Shown in pieces: positions 19,070 through 28,637 of a DNA stretch of 64,000 bases; the first letter of the stretch is position 1, and every line of letters begins with the position of its first letter. Origin of the DNA: a virus (Duplodnaviria > Caudoviricetes). A program made the translations under genes and the position numbers. The notes under the pieces are model-generated. The model was not told the DNA's origin. It saw only the letters and a list, made by a program, of their open reading frames with translations, and did not search any database. The DNA lies in the IMG/VR virus record IMGVR_UViG_3300010885_051426, positions 1,613 through 65,612 of that record; one strand, written 5' to 3'.

Positions 19070-19838
19070 TATTTCGTATAACCTCACCAAAAGGATTAAT
19101 TTCTGTAAAGTCCAGTATGTCCAGAGCTTCGTTGTTAAGATCTATGTTGTCTGCACCAGCATCCTGTGCGTTGATGTTCCAGCCTTCCCAGAGTAAATAT
19201 CCTGAGTCAGAGGCTGTATAATCATTGCTGTCCAGTATGAGTTTGGTATTATCTTCCAGTAATAGTTGATAATCACTGATGCTCATGCTGCGTGTAGCTT
19301 CTAGACTATCTATCTCGGCTACACCAGTGTCAATGTTTTCTGAACTGTATTGCCAGAGTTCACACTGCAGTTTGTATACATGCAGTTTGCCCAGCTGATA
19401 GAATGGATTGGTGGCATCAACGCGTTTAATTTCAAAATAGCTCTTGGTCAAAGGCATGTACAGCAAATCGCCTTCGCTTGGACGATTGGGTAACTGTAAA
19501 AAGTTTAAACGACCAGCGCCAACTACATCATCCCAGCGTCCTCGGCTGATGACAAAACTGGCAGTGTCTCGTATTTCTATGCCAAACTTGCTCATGAGCT
19601 CACCGTCGCCACCGAAACCATCGACATTTTCCAAGTAGGCTTCAACTGGTATGGCCATGTCATAGCTGGCCAGAACATCATCGTCAAATAAATGATCGGT
19701 ATTTACTTGGGTGCGGGGCAGGTAGTACAGATCAAAACCATAGATTTTTATGCTTTCTACAATTAGGTCTTCGATGACACGTTGTTCCCCAACTCTACCA
19801 CCTGGAACACCGTTTTGAAAATAAAAGTTGGTGGCCAT
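19062..19838 (-). CDS. gp14: neck protein gp14
   Basis: ESIKIYGFDLYYLPR, SKFGIEIRD, RPSEGDLLY, FYQLGK. Confidence 0.93.
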   Translation of the reverse strand: MATNFYFQNGVPGGRVGEQRVIEDLIVESIKIYGFDLYYLPRTQVNTDHLFDDDVLASYDMAIPVEAYLENVDGFGGDGELMSKFGIEIRDTASFVISRGRWDDVVGAGRLNFLQLPNRPSEGDLLYMPLTKSYFEIKRVDATNPFYQLGKLHVYKLQCELWQYSSENIDTGVAEIDSLEATRSMSISDYQLLLEDNTKLILDSNDYTASDSGYLLWEGWNINAQDAGADNIDLNNEALDILDFTEINPFGEVIRNNV

Positions 19839-19841
19839 GTA

Positions 19842-20807
19842 TTAGCCTACCATGAAGTCTGGGGGTTCTACGTAGGTGCTCTGAGCTTCGTTTTCTAGAT
19901 ATTCAATTTCAGCCACGGCTTCATCGTATATTTCTTTGCCGTTGAGAGTTACTCCGCCGGGCATCTGTATGCCAGCGAATTTTTTAAGATTGTTGCCCCA
20001 TTGTTTTTTAATCAGGGCGGTGGCATAGCGTTTTAAGAAACGATCGTTGTAGACATCAGTCCAGGTATTAGGATCTAAAATCTTGTAACATTCCACAATG
20101 ACATATTCGCCCACGCTGACATCAGTATTCCAGCTCATGTCCAAAAATAGTCGGTTCTGATGACGCTGAAATCTAAAACTCTTGCTGCCTACCAGCAACT
20201 GATCTATCAGAGCCAGGTGTGATTTGACCTGTTCATAGTAGATGATGCTGGTGCTTAATAAATCAAACATGTCGTTGAGTCGCATCTGGTAACGTATGTC
20301 CCACATGTAGCTCTGACCAGTGTTTACAGCACTAAAAGGCAGCACTCGGCGCACGCCTATGATACTGTCGTCTAGTTCAAAGTATTGTTTGTCTACGTTG
20401 CCCAGGCTGACTGATGCCACAGTTGAAGTAGTGCCATTGGCACCGACTATGGTTTCACCAGTGGTCCAGGTTCCAGTAGAACCACGGACCAACAGTGTTG
20501 TGCCGTTGCTGGTGGTATTTAATTCTGAACAAACTGTGGCATAAGCACCTGAACTGCTGCCAGTAACTGTGATGCCCAGAGCAAAGTTACTGGCATTGCT
20601 GGTGCCCAGTGTGATGCGCGTGGCTGTTACCTGTTGTTTGAGATATAAACGTTCCACACCGTCATAGTGATAGTCCTGATAGTACTGCAAAGCAGCGTCG
20701 ATGCGATCAGAAACCTGATCGTCATCGACATTTATCTCTATGACTGGGTGGCCTAATTCTCTGAGGCAATAGTCTATAAGTTGTTGTCTGGTAGCAGGCG
20801 CGGCCAT
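19842..20807 (-). CDS. gp13: neck protein gp13 with internal beta-rich insertion
   Basis: LIDYCLRELGHPVIEINVDDDQ, KKQWGNNLKKF.GIQMPGGVTLNG. Confidence 0.93.
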   Translation of the reverse strand: MAAPATRQQLIDYCLRELGHPVIEINVDDDQVSDRIDAALQYYQDYHYDGVERLYLKQQVTATRITLGTSNASNFALGITVTGSSSGAYATVCSELNTTSNGTTLLVRGSTGTWTTGETIVGANGTTSTVASVSLGNVDKQYFELDDSIIGVRRVLPFSAVNTGQSYMWDIRYQMRLNDMFDLLSTSIIYYEQVKSHLALIDQLLVGSKSFRFQRHQNRLFLDMSWNTDVSVGEYVIVECYKILDPNTWTDVYNDRFLKRYATALIKKQWGNNLKKFAGIQMPGGVTLNGKEIYDEAVAEIEYLENEAQSTYVEPPDFMVG

Positions 20808-20816
20808 GCTGTCTCC

Positions 20817-23723
20817 TTAAGCCTGAGCTTCGGTCCAGCTTAGTCGAGCTCCTTCTACACGGGTTGCACTAGAAGAAATATTATTGGCAACAATGACTAA
20901 AACGTCTGGACCAACCGGGAAGCCAGGTGTGGCATTACTTCCATCACCACCCAGGATACTGCTGCCCAGCTCTCGAACTTCGTTTAGAGCATAGGTATCG
21001 GCACCTGAGTCAGCAAAGAAGCTGAATATCTGTTCGCCGCCTATGCAGGTCTGTGTGGTACTGGTAAAGTCACAGTATTGTGCCAGACTGCCTGAACCAG
21101 TCAGGGTTGAAATTGAAGTCACAGCCCATTGTCCTGGCATGTTGCTGGCCGTTATGGTCTTGGGATTTAAAATACCAGTGATCAGCACAGGTCCTCGGCT
21201 AATAACACCCAAGCTCAAAGGTTTTAATTGCATTTTGTTTAGTATGTCGCGTTGTCCCAATGCTCCAATAATGCTGTTGTCCACACTGGGTGCCAGACGT
21301 ATGGATAATAGGTTAGTACTAGTACCTGCATTGATGTTCTTACTACCGCCACTGAAACGAGCAGTACTTACACTGAACACAATGCTTCGATCTTCTTTAT
21401 AACCACCGTCCATGATCACGCTTGAGCCCCAGTGACTGACTATGGGAGCACAGGTACAATCAACAAAGTTAATGGTGGCCTGACTACTACCAGTACCACC
21501 TTGCCAGGCTGAGGGTGTAAATGTTACATTGCTGGTTGAACCACCAGGTTGTCTACGAGACACACCAGTAAGATTCCAGGCACTCAGTGTGGAGTTATAG
21601 GTTTTGTTTGTATACGTCATGACTTCGGATTTATTATCCTGCTGTACTATAACTGTACCTGAGCTGGGCCAGTATGTAGAATAAGTATCTTTGACCACCA
21701 GTGTGGTTGCACTTGATACCAGAGCCACACCGGCTGTGCTGGTGCTGCCACTGTACAGTGCTGTGACTGGGCCAATGTTGTTGACTTCGTAACGAGCAGG
21801 AAGGTTACCTGAACGCATGTAGGCCTGGTTGTTCACGTTGTTGTTAACAACGTTGTGTACATACTGTATGGATCCATCAGTCACTCTAAAACCAAATTTA
21901 ACACGACCCGCGCCATACCAGCTATAGTCTATGTAGAACATCTGCATTTTACGGGTGTCAATGTTGAATCCGCTTGGGCCAGTACCATCACATTTGTCCA
22001 GATTCCAATGAGACGCAGTGGTTCTTGTATCTTCGGTTAGGTTGGCACGGACATTGCTGATGCTGATACCTTTGTAGGTTGGAGCAATTTGCAGGCTGGT
22101 ATCAGAGGCTATGGACAGAACCAAATAAGTCTGACCGCGTATGACTATGTAATCACCAGCAACTAGTTGTTTACTAAATTGTGTATTTGTACCAGTAACT
22201 GTGCTTGAACCTCGTACAACAGTTACTCGACCCATGATTTCTTTGGTGCTGCGGCGTACCACCACATAAAAATATTCACCATCGTATTCAAAAAAGAATC
22301 CGTTTTGACTGTCAAACAAACCTATGCGGCATACACTGCCTTTCCAGTTTGTACAGGTCATCTGTGGTTGCCCACCAGGTGATAGATCTGTTGGTGTTTC
22401 AGCTACATTAAATCGTACAGTGTTGCTTGAGTATATGACATCAGTTACAGTAAATGTACCATTGTAGGGATTGTTGGTAGCAGTAGCCTTGCATTCAATA
22501 CCTTCGATACGTATGGTTGCACCTGAAGTTATGCTTAAACGCTGATCTGTGGTTACAGTAACGCTGGTTCCAACTGCAGTTATGGTGTCCAGGTCCCAGG
22601 TTGGTGTAACCTTGGTGCCCGTGCTAAACTGTATGCCCTTGCCTGACTGGTAACGGAAATATTTACGAGTCTGACGTATGGCCTGCACACCTTCTTGAGG
22701 TCGTCCTGTGCTAATCAACACACCACCATCACTGGGGCGGTGATTGAAGTTTGCTTCTGGTCTGGGTATGATGTTGCCAGTGGCGCCAATGACTGGCGTA
22801 CTTGTACCAGTTTTAATGGAAGCTGTTTGATATCTAAAACTCTGTGGTGTTGGAACATCATACACAGTCCAGTTACCATTGATGTTTGTGGTTGTCATGC
22901 TTCGAACCATGATGGGGCTGTTGGGCAACAGTCCATGATTACCAGTGGTTGAAACTGTAATGGTGCTGCCAGTTATGTCATCGCTGGTCAGGCTGCTGAC
23001 TGCAATGCACTGCAGTATGTTGTCGTTGTCGAATACACCACCGGCCTGTATGATTATGCTGCTGTTGTATGGAGCAGATGCCACTACTGCGTTTGCAGTA
23101 TAAGTAAACTGTCTGGGTCCGGCTGCTGCGCTTACTATGAAGACGCCGTCGGCATTGAAGTCGCTGGAGTAAATGACATTGACTACTTCACCTGCACTTA
23201 GATTTGTGTCTTCGGCACTGTTGACCGTGATGGTACTGTAAGGAGATGCACCGTTAGTAGTAACACTGGTTACGTTCAGGCTGTTACCACCGCTTTTAAA
23301 ATAATAGCTGGGTATGTTGTTTACCAATGGGACACTTTCCCATTTAATTGGTTGTAGACCATATTCAAAGTCAGTATCGATCAAACTTTCTGGCTGCGAC
23401 GTACGCAGTTTGTTTACGGCATCCTGTACAGTTTCACCAAAATCTATGTTGGTGTTTGGAATATCTTCCATGATCAGTATGGGATCACTGCTGCTCATGG
23501 CAGTTGTATTATACCCCAGTGTGAATCTTGTACCATACGAACTATATGGACACACATAGTTAGTAGTACCCAGATCTGGATCGCTGAAGTTAAATATTAC
23601 AGTGTTGCTGGTAGCATTGGTTACCAACAACAGATTTTGCTGAGGTATGATCTTATTGGGTATGGTGATGGTTCTGGTGGCTGGGTCAAATTCATAAAAT
23701 TCAACCACAATTCGTTTTGCCAT
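20817..23723 (-). CDS. large virion structural protein (968 aa)
   Basis: YEFDPATRTITI, LIDTDFEYGLQP.KWE, RQTRKYFRYQSGKG, YIDYSWYGAG motifs typical of cyanophage-like structural proteins; own late promoter. Confidence 0.65.
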   Translation of the reverse strand: MAKRIVVEFYEFDPATRTITIPNKIIPQQNLLLVTNATSNTVIFNFSDPDLGTTNYVCPYSSYGTRFTLGYNTTAMSSSDPILIMEDIPNTNIDFGETVQDAVNKLRTSQPESLIDTDFEYGLQPIKWESVPLVNNIPSYYFKSGGNSLNVTSVTTNGASPYSTITVNSAEDTNLSAGEVVNVIYSSDFNADGVFIVSAAAGPRQFTYTANAVVASAPYNSSIIIQAGGVFDNDNILQCIAVSSLTSDDITGSTITVSTTGNHGLLPNSPIMVRSMTTTNINGNWTVYDVPTPQSFRYQTASIKTGTSTPVIGATGNIIPRPEANFNHRPSDGGVLISTGRPQEGVQAIRQTRKYFRYQSGKGIQFSTGTKVTPTWDLDTITAVGTSVTVTTDQRLSITSGATIRIEGIECKATATNNPYNGTFTVTDVIYSSNTVRFNVAETPTDLSPGGQPQMTCTNWKGSVCRIGLFDSQNGFFFEYDGEYFYVVVRRSTKEIMGRVTVVRGSSTVTGTNTQFSKQLVAGDYIVIRGQTYLVLSIASDTSLQIAPTYKGISISNVRANLTEDTRTTASHWNLDKCDGTGPSGFNIDTRKMQMFYIDYSWYGAGRVKFGFRVTDGSIQYVHNVVNNNVNNQAYMRSGNLPARYEVNNIGPVTALYSGSTSTAGVALVSSATTLVVKDTYSTYWPSSGTVIVQQDNKSEVMTYTNKTYNSTLSAWNLTGVSRRQPGGSTSNVTFTPSAWQGGTGSSQATINFVDCTCAPIVSHWGSSVIMDGGYKEDRSIVFSVSTARFSGGSKNINAGTSTNLLSIRLAPSVDNSIIGALGQRDILNKMQLKPLSLGVISRGPVLITGILNPKTITASNMPGQWAVTSISTLTGSGSLAQYCDFTSTTQTCIGGEQIFSFFADSGADTYALNEVRELGSSILGGDGSNATPGFPVGPDVLVIVANNISSSATRVEGARLSWTEAQA

Positions 23724-23752
23724 GGTGTTCTCCGACTCTGTTAATTATATAA

Positions 23753-23760
23753 TATTTATA
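23753..23760 (-). promoter_or_regulatory. late promoter
   Basis: TATAAATA upstream of the 968-aa gene. Confidence 0.75.
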
Positions 23761-23765
23761 TGATT

Positions 23766-23792
23766 TGAAAGAGGGTCATTTGCATAACCCCC
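23766..23792 (-). terminator. intrinsic terminator
   Basis: GGGGGTTAT-GCAA-ATGACCCTC followed by TTTC; GNRA loop. Confidence 0.7.
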
Positions 23793-23813
23793 TGACAATT
23801 CAATTTAGTAAGA

Positions 23814-24347
23814 TTAACTTACTGTGATAGACCAGGTAATTTGAAGTGTATCGTCGTTACCCTTGTTAACAGCTGCGAATGTAGTACGGCAAAGCATTGT
23901 ACCACCCAGAGCTGCGGTTGAGCTATTGAAAATACCAGCTTCAGTAATGGCTGTTGTATTACTTGTATTTGTACGTTGTGGATTATTTGTACCAAATACT
24001 GCTACATAGGTAACAACACCTGTACTTTGTGTGGTACTGGCTATGGTTGCTCGTGTATAAGCAGCAATATCGCCAGCTACAGTAACTTCTGAACTTAACG
24101 CTGTGTCAGTTACCAGAGCTGTTGTTGTACTTGTACCCAGTGCCATGTGTGTCATGCAGCTGGTTGTTGAATTAGTTGTTGCTACTGCGGTTGCATTGCT
24201 TGTACCAATCATGCGTGTTGCAATGTAGTTTTTACCTGCTTGTACCACCAAGTTTGGAATGAATCTATCTTCTTTTAGGCTACCGTCTGGACCCCAAACC
24301 TTGATGTCAACACTGCCACGAAGTTTTAAGAATTCGTCAGTTAACAT
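23814..24347 (-). CDS. conserved tail-fibre-associated virion protein (177 aa)
   Basis: NLVVQAGKNYIA, THMALGT, AITEAGIFN, MLCRTTFAAVNKG..DTLQITW; strong RBS, own promoter and terminator. Confidence 0.65.
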   Translation of the reverse strand: MLTDEFLKLRGSVDIKVWGPDGSLKEDRFIPNLVVQAGKNYIATRMIGTSNATAVATTNSTTSCMTHMALGTSTTTALVTDTALSSEVTVAGDIAAYTRATIASTTQSTGVVTYVAVFGTNNPQRTNTSNTTAITEAGIFNSSTAALGGTMLCRTTFAAVNKGNDDTLQITWSITVS

Positions 24348-24437
24348 TTATTATACTCCTTGATTTAGTTAGTTATAATTTTCGCACATCACTGCTGATG
24401 AAATAATTATCTGCAGAAATTTATCAATTTCTATGTA

Positions 24438-24445
24438 TATTTATA
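24438..24445 (-). promoter_or_regulatory. late promoter
   Basis: TATAAATA about 90 nt upstream of the 177-aa gene. Confidence 0.7.
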
Positions 24446-24462
24446 AGATATACGTATTTGAA

Positions 24463-25539
24463 CTAGGGTGTTTTTACTACTGTAATACTTTCCGTAACTA
24501 ATATTATATCAGTATTTTCTGGGCCAATATCTAAGGGGTTTAAACCACTACTTGTTATATTAGTGATATTGCCTGTAGTTGTTCTATTATTACCCGAATC
24601 ATCTCTTAGGAAGTTGGCATCATTGCTGGTATTCAACAATAAATCTGTGCCAGGGATAGCAGTCAATGGCGGTGTTGGTGGTGTAAAATTACCTGTATAA
24701 ACTGCAGTTCCTCTAACATAACGGAAGTTACTAATATTTCCATTAAGGCGGTCACCGTCATCATCTGTACCCAGTGCAAATTGTGTGGCGGTAAGTCCTG
24801 TTTTTGCAAATGTTCCAATACTAGAACCATTTAGATAAACAGTACAGGCTGAAGTGCCGTTTCTAACCAGGGCAATATGATTCCAAGTGTTTACTAATAC
24901 AGTACCTACACCTGTTGTTAATCCCCCCAGCAAGGTGGTGAAGGCACCCGTTAAAACATTAATACTGCCATATGATCCAGCTCCTTTAATACTAACATCT
25001 ATACCATCAGTACTATTGAATAATCCCAGGCGAGTACATAGCATACCTTGAGTGTATCCCACGGCTGCAGAAGTAACGTTGTGCCTAAACCACCATTCAT
25101 AGGTTATACTAGCTGTACCAGGCGCAGTAACCCCAGCTGTCGTCGCGCTGGAGCTTCCGTTAAAATTAATGCTACCTTGTGCACTAGCACCTCCAGCACG
25201 TTTGGCTCGTTTAACATAGTTAAATACTGTATGTTCCAGGGGTTTGTCTGTGCCAGTACCAGTCTGCAGCCTGGTTGGGCTGCCAACACCACCTATGGTA
25301 ACAGTATCAATGCGATCATCATAGCCATATCTGATGCTGGCCAGGTCTCCGGCTGAGCCCAGACTACGTATGTATCTGTAGCTGCCAGCAAATGCTCCCT
25401 GAGCTCGGTCAGCAACTTCACTGCCTAATTCAAATACTGCGCCCCAGAGCCGCAGATTGCTGGTGCCATTGCCCTGATACTGAATATCACCTGCAGAGTT
25501 TTGAAATCTTATGCTTAATGTTAAGCCGCTCTGTGCCAT
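24463..25539 (-). CDS. LamG/concanavalin-A-like virion protein; N-terminus continues the repeat domain of 29776..33123
   Basis: GSINFNG, TYEWWF, NTWNHIALVRNG...VYLNG, GNISNFRYVRGTAVYTGNFTPPTPPL. Confidence 0.75.
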   Translation of the reverse strand: MAQSGLTLSIRFQNSAGDIQYQGNGTSNLRLWGAVFELGSEVADRAQGAFAGSYRYIRSLGSAGDLASIRYGYDDRIDTVTIGGVGSPTRLQTGTGTDKPLEHTVFNYVKRAKRAGGASAQGSINFNGSSSATTAGVTAPGTASITYEWWFRHNVTSAAVGYTQGMLCTRLGLFNSTDGIDVSIKGAGSYGSINVLTGAFTTLLGGLTTGVGTVLVNTWNHIALVRNGTSACTVYLNGSSIGTFAKTGLTATQFALGTDDDGDRLNGNISNFRYVRGTAVYTGNFTPPTPPLTAIPGTDLLLNTSNDANFLRDDSGNNRTTTGNITNITSSGLNPLDIGPENTDIILVTESITVVKTP

Positions 25540-26108
25540 TATACTGTTGCTCCTGGTAAGTATGAATTGACCCAGGCAGAATCAGCCCACCATTCTGCAC
25601 TCAGAGTTGATGAATTAAATCGAATCTGTCCCTTGGGTGCCACTGCTGTGCCTCTGAGATCCCACATGTACATGGCACTGTTGTCATCAAAAGTATAACT
25701 GCCAGCTGTATAATCTCTGTAGTATACATGTGTATTAGATCCATCTATGCCATAGGACTTGAAGGTTTCATACAGTGTCCAGCCAGTGGTGCTGACAGCA
25801 GTCCAAGTAAGACTTCTTAACATGTAGACCCGGCAGTCATGACTGATTGTAAAAGTGCCGGCATCAGTGGTGTTGACATAACTGGTGCAGACCAGACCAG
25901 TTAAATATACTGGTAAATTGGCGTACGCAGACCATTTGGTCTGATTTGGGCTAACACCTATGTATAATTGCAGATTGTTGGCTGAAATACGCAACGGATT
26001 GGTAGTACCTGTGATGGTGACTGTTGGCGTAGTAGCACGCTGTGCAGTGGTTCCCACTGGCAATTTAAAATTCTGCGTGGCTGGCGTGGTATTTGTTAGA
26101 TTGGCCAT
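25539..26108 (-). CDS. small fibre/adhesin protein (adaptor motif plus insert)
   Basis: FKLPVGTTAQRA ... KGQIRFNSSTLSAEWWADSAW. Confidence 0.6.
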   Translation of the reverse strand: MANLTNTTPATQNFKLPVGTTAQRATTPTVTITGTTNPLRISANNLQLYIGVSPNQTKWSAYANLPVYLTGLVCTSYVNTTDAGTFTISHDCRVYMLRSLTWTAVSTTGWTLYETFKSYGIDGSNTHVYYRDYTAGSYTFDDNSAMYMWDLRGTAVAPKGQIRFNSSTLSAEWWADSAWVNSYLPGATV

Positions 26109-26114
26109 GTTGAT

Positions 26115-26849
26115 TTAATTGTACAGATATAACTGTACATGAGTTAGGTACATGGCTTCGTCAGCCTGTGCTTGATCGGCACCCAGATAGTGTCTGGCAC
26201 TGAATGAATCAGCCGTGTGTTCATATTGGCCAGAATCAAGGATATAATATCCATCTTGAGCTGAACCACTACCCCAGGGCAGATATGAATAACTTTTTTT
26301 ACCACTCCAGGTTGCACTGGCCCCGGCTTTGCTAAAACTCAGAGCAGGAGCAGCCGACAGTGACTTGGTCCAGGTAAAAAATCGATCATAGGTGCCGGCA
26401 GAATTTGTTAGATCCAGATAGTTGGTTTCGTTGTCTGGGCTGTCCACCATGTGCCAGAGTACTCGGTATCTGAGGCTGGTATGATAGGGTAAACTGGACC
26501 GGGTAAATATATATTCTGCAGGTCCGCTGGTCCAGCCATGTGCGGTACAGCGACCCAGCTCACCAAAGTTGTCCATGGTAAATGTAGTGGCATTGTTCCA
26601 GTACGTGGTGGTTGCTGTTGATCCTTCGTTGTAGTACAGACCGTGAGTGTTTTGACTCCTCAGAATATTGACCCAGGAAACCGCAGGCGCATTATAAAAA
26701 TATATGTATTGACCAGTTCCAACTGCGGCAACTGAGGTGTCATAGTAAATGCTGCCATTTACTGGAGAAAGCGGACGACCAGCTGTGCTTGTTGCTGGTA
26801 GTTGTATAAATCCACCATCAGTGATGCTTGTATTTTTTAAACTGGCCAT
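26115..26849 (-). CDS. fibre/adhesin protein (adaptor motif plus C-terminal domain)
   Basis: MASLKNTSITDGGFIQLPATSTAGRP.SPVNGSIYYDT. Confidence 0.6.
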   Translation of the reverse strand: MASLKNTSITDGGFIQLPATSTAGRPLSPVNGSIYYDTSVAAVGTGQYIYFYNAPAVSWVNILRSQNTHGLYYNEGSTATTTYWNNATTFTMDNFGELGRCTAHGWTSGPAEYIFTRSSLPYHTSLRYRVLWHMVDSPDNETNYLDLTNSAGTYDRFFTWTKSLSAAPALSFSKAGASATWSGKKSYSYLPWGSGSAQDGYYILDSGQYEHTADSFSARHYLGADQAQADEAMYLTHVQLYLYN

Positions 26850-26867
26850 GTTTGATGTTCCTGCTGT

Positions 26868-28637
26868 TTACCTGACATAGATTTCTACCCGTGCTGATCT
26901 GTTGATACCAGTGCTGTCCTGACAACAGTTAATTTGATCGCCAGCACTGTAATTACCAAAACCACTATCCATGCCTATGCCACCAGATACGTCATTGCTA
27001 CCAGCTGCACCGCTGCTTTCCATTGTGGTGTAGTTAACATAATCGCCTTCGCCGTTTTCGTTCCAGCCAAACCCCCAGCGCACATAGGCACGTGTGCCAT
27101 AATCTTGCATGTTTTTATAATTAAATCCATAGAAATTAATGGCATCCTGACTGGAAAATATACCCGATCCCCAGTTAGCCGAACTCTTGGCCAGGCCTTT
27201 GAAATACCCACCATAATTACTGCCTGTGCCAGGATTGCCAGTATTGTAATATCCTGCTGTGTTGAAAAAATTAACCAGTGTCATGGGCAGACCTTCATAA
27301 AAATTATTTTGTAACCAGCTCCAGCAATTATAGGGATTTGAACCCAGGCCGCCACCGTTGGTGCCTATGTCTGGCCACAATGCCATGATGTCTCGGGCAT
27401 TATAATAATTAAATACATTAAACTTGGCATCACCATCGTTGCGGTTGGCATTGCCAGTGTTCAGCGTGTTGATGGCAGTCCAATAGGCCGAGCTGTAATT
27501 AAAAGTAGTTCCTCTGGTGGCCTTCATGGCCAGCATCCAACCGCCACCATTGGCACTGGAATTCATTAGACAATACACCTGAGTAGCTCCCACTGTGGGT
27601 AAATTAATCCAGTATAAACCATCGGTATTTGTGCCTGTGGTTGCCTTGATGTATTCAGCCGAGGGTGCAGCTCTTTCTGCGGTCGAACCATCATAGACAT
27701 TTTTTATAGATTTCCATGCTGTTCCAGTAAAATATTCAGGAACATTGCTTGAGTTATTGTATCTGAACTGACCGGCTTTGGGTGATATCACTGGCAGAGT
27801 GTATGATAATATGACTATGCCATGTCCACCGCGCGCACCTGTTATGCTGTCAAAGGTTACTGGAGAGGGCATCTGACTGGCGCCGCCGCCGCCACCGCCG
27901 CCCAGTCCATCAGTGCCTTGCGTTGGAGCACGTGATGCAGGTAAAGCTCCATTGCCACCTCCACCACTGCCAGTACCTGCACTGCTGTCAGCACCACCAC
28001 CGCCACCGCCAGCATAGATTACTGAACTTCCAGTTATGGTGGATGACGATCCACCGCCACCGTTGCCTGAGGGTGAACCACCTACTGCACCTGCACCACC
28101 ACCGCCACCGCCTTGATATGGGCTGATAGGATTTCCAGCTCCGCCGTTGTTACCCTGTCCAACTGTGCCAGTTCCTGCGGTCCTTGGAACTGCTGGCCCA
28201 CCACCTCCGCCTGAAGCACCATTGCCACCCACTGACGCAGGACTTCGTCCGCCGCCCGCACCGCCACCCTGAGCAACAAAGGAAAAACCAGCCGTGGCTG
28301 AAAATTGTGAAAATCCACCTGAGTTGTCTGGTGCACCACCGGCTCCAACTACAACAGTATATTGAGTTCCTGCAGTGACCGCAACTGTACCAGTTAAAAA
28401 TCCACCACCACCGCCGCCGCCACCGTTGTTGGTACTGGCTGCTCCGCTACCACCACCGCCTCCGCCACCCACCACCAGATATGTTACCGAAGTAACTCCA
28501 GTGGGGCAGATCCAGTAAGTGGTGCCCAGACTGCTAAAACTATCAATGCCAGTGCCACCAGGGCGCGATCCAGATCCACCCAGGGGCAAGGTTAAAAACC
28601 CAGTGTCGTCGACAGTAAAATCTTGTACATTAGCCAT
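26868..28637 (-). CDS. glycine-rich adhesin with fibrinogen-like C-terminal domain
   Basis: YLVVGGGGGGG...GGHGIVILSY Gly-rich domain; DGLYWINLP...QVYCLM...GGGWML fibrinogen-like N-motif. Confidence 0.7.
   Translation of the reverse strand: MANVQDFTVDDTGFLTLPLGGSGSRPGGTGIDSFSSLGTTYWICPTGVTSVTYLVVGGGGGGGSGAASTNNGGGGGGGGFLTGTVAVTAGTQYTVVVGAGGAPDNSGGFSQFSATAGFSFVAQGGGAGGGRSPASVGGNGASGGGGGPAVPRTAGTGTVGQGNNGGAGNPISPYQGGGGGGAGAVGGSPSGNGGGGSSSTITGSSVIYAGGGGGGADSSAGTGSGGGGNGALPASRAPTQGTDGLGGGGGGGASQMPSPVTFDSITGARGGHGIVILSYTLPVISPKAGQFRYNNSSNVPEYFTGTAWKSIKNVYDGSTAERAAPSAEYIKATTGTNTDGLYWINLPTVGATQVYCLMNSSANGGGWMLAMKATRGTTFNYSSAYWTAINTLNTGNANRNDGDAKFNVFNYYNARDIMALWPDIGTNGGGLGSNPYNCWSWLQNNFYEGLPMTLVNFFNTAGYYNTGNPGTGSNYGGYFKGLAKSSANWGSGIFSSQDAINFYGFNYKNMQDYGTRAYVRWGFGWNENGEGDYVNYTTMESSGAAGSNDVSGGIGMDSGFGNYSAGDQINCCQDSTGINRSARVEIYVR

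Noticed and set aside
27850-28480. CCACCACCG-like repeats as a repeat element or array
   Set aside because: They are explained by poly-glycine codons of the adhesin, with no spacer structure.
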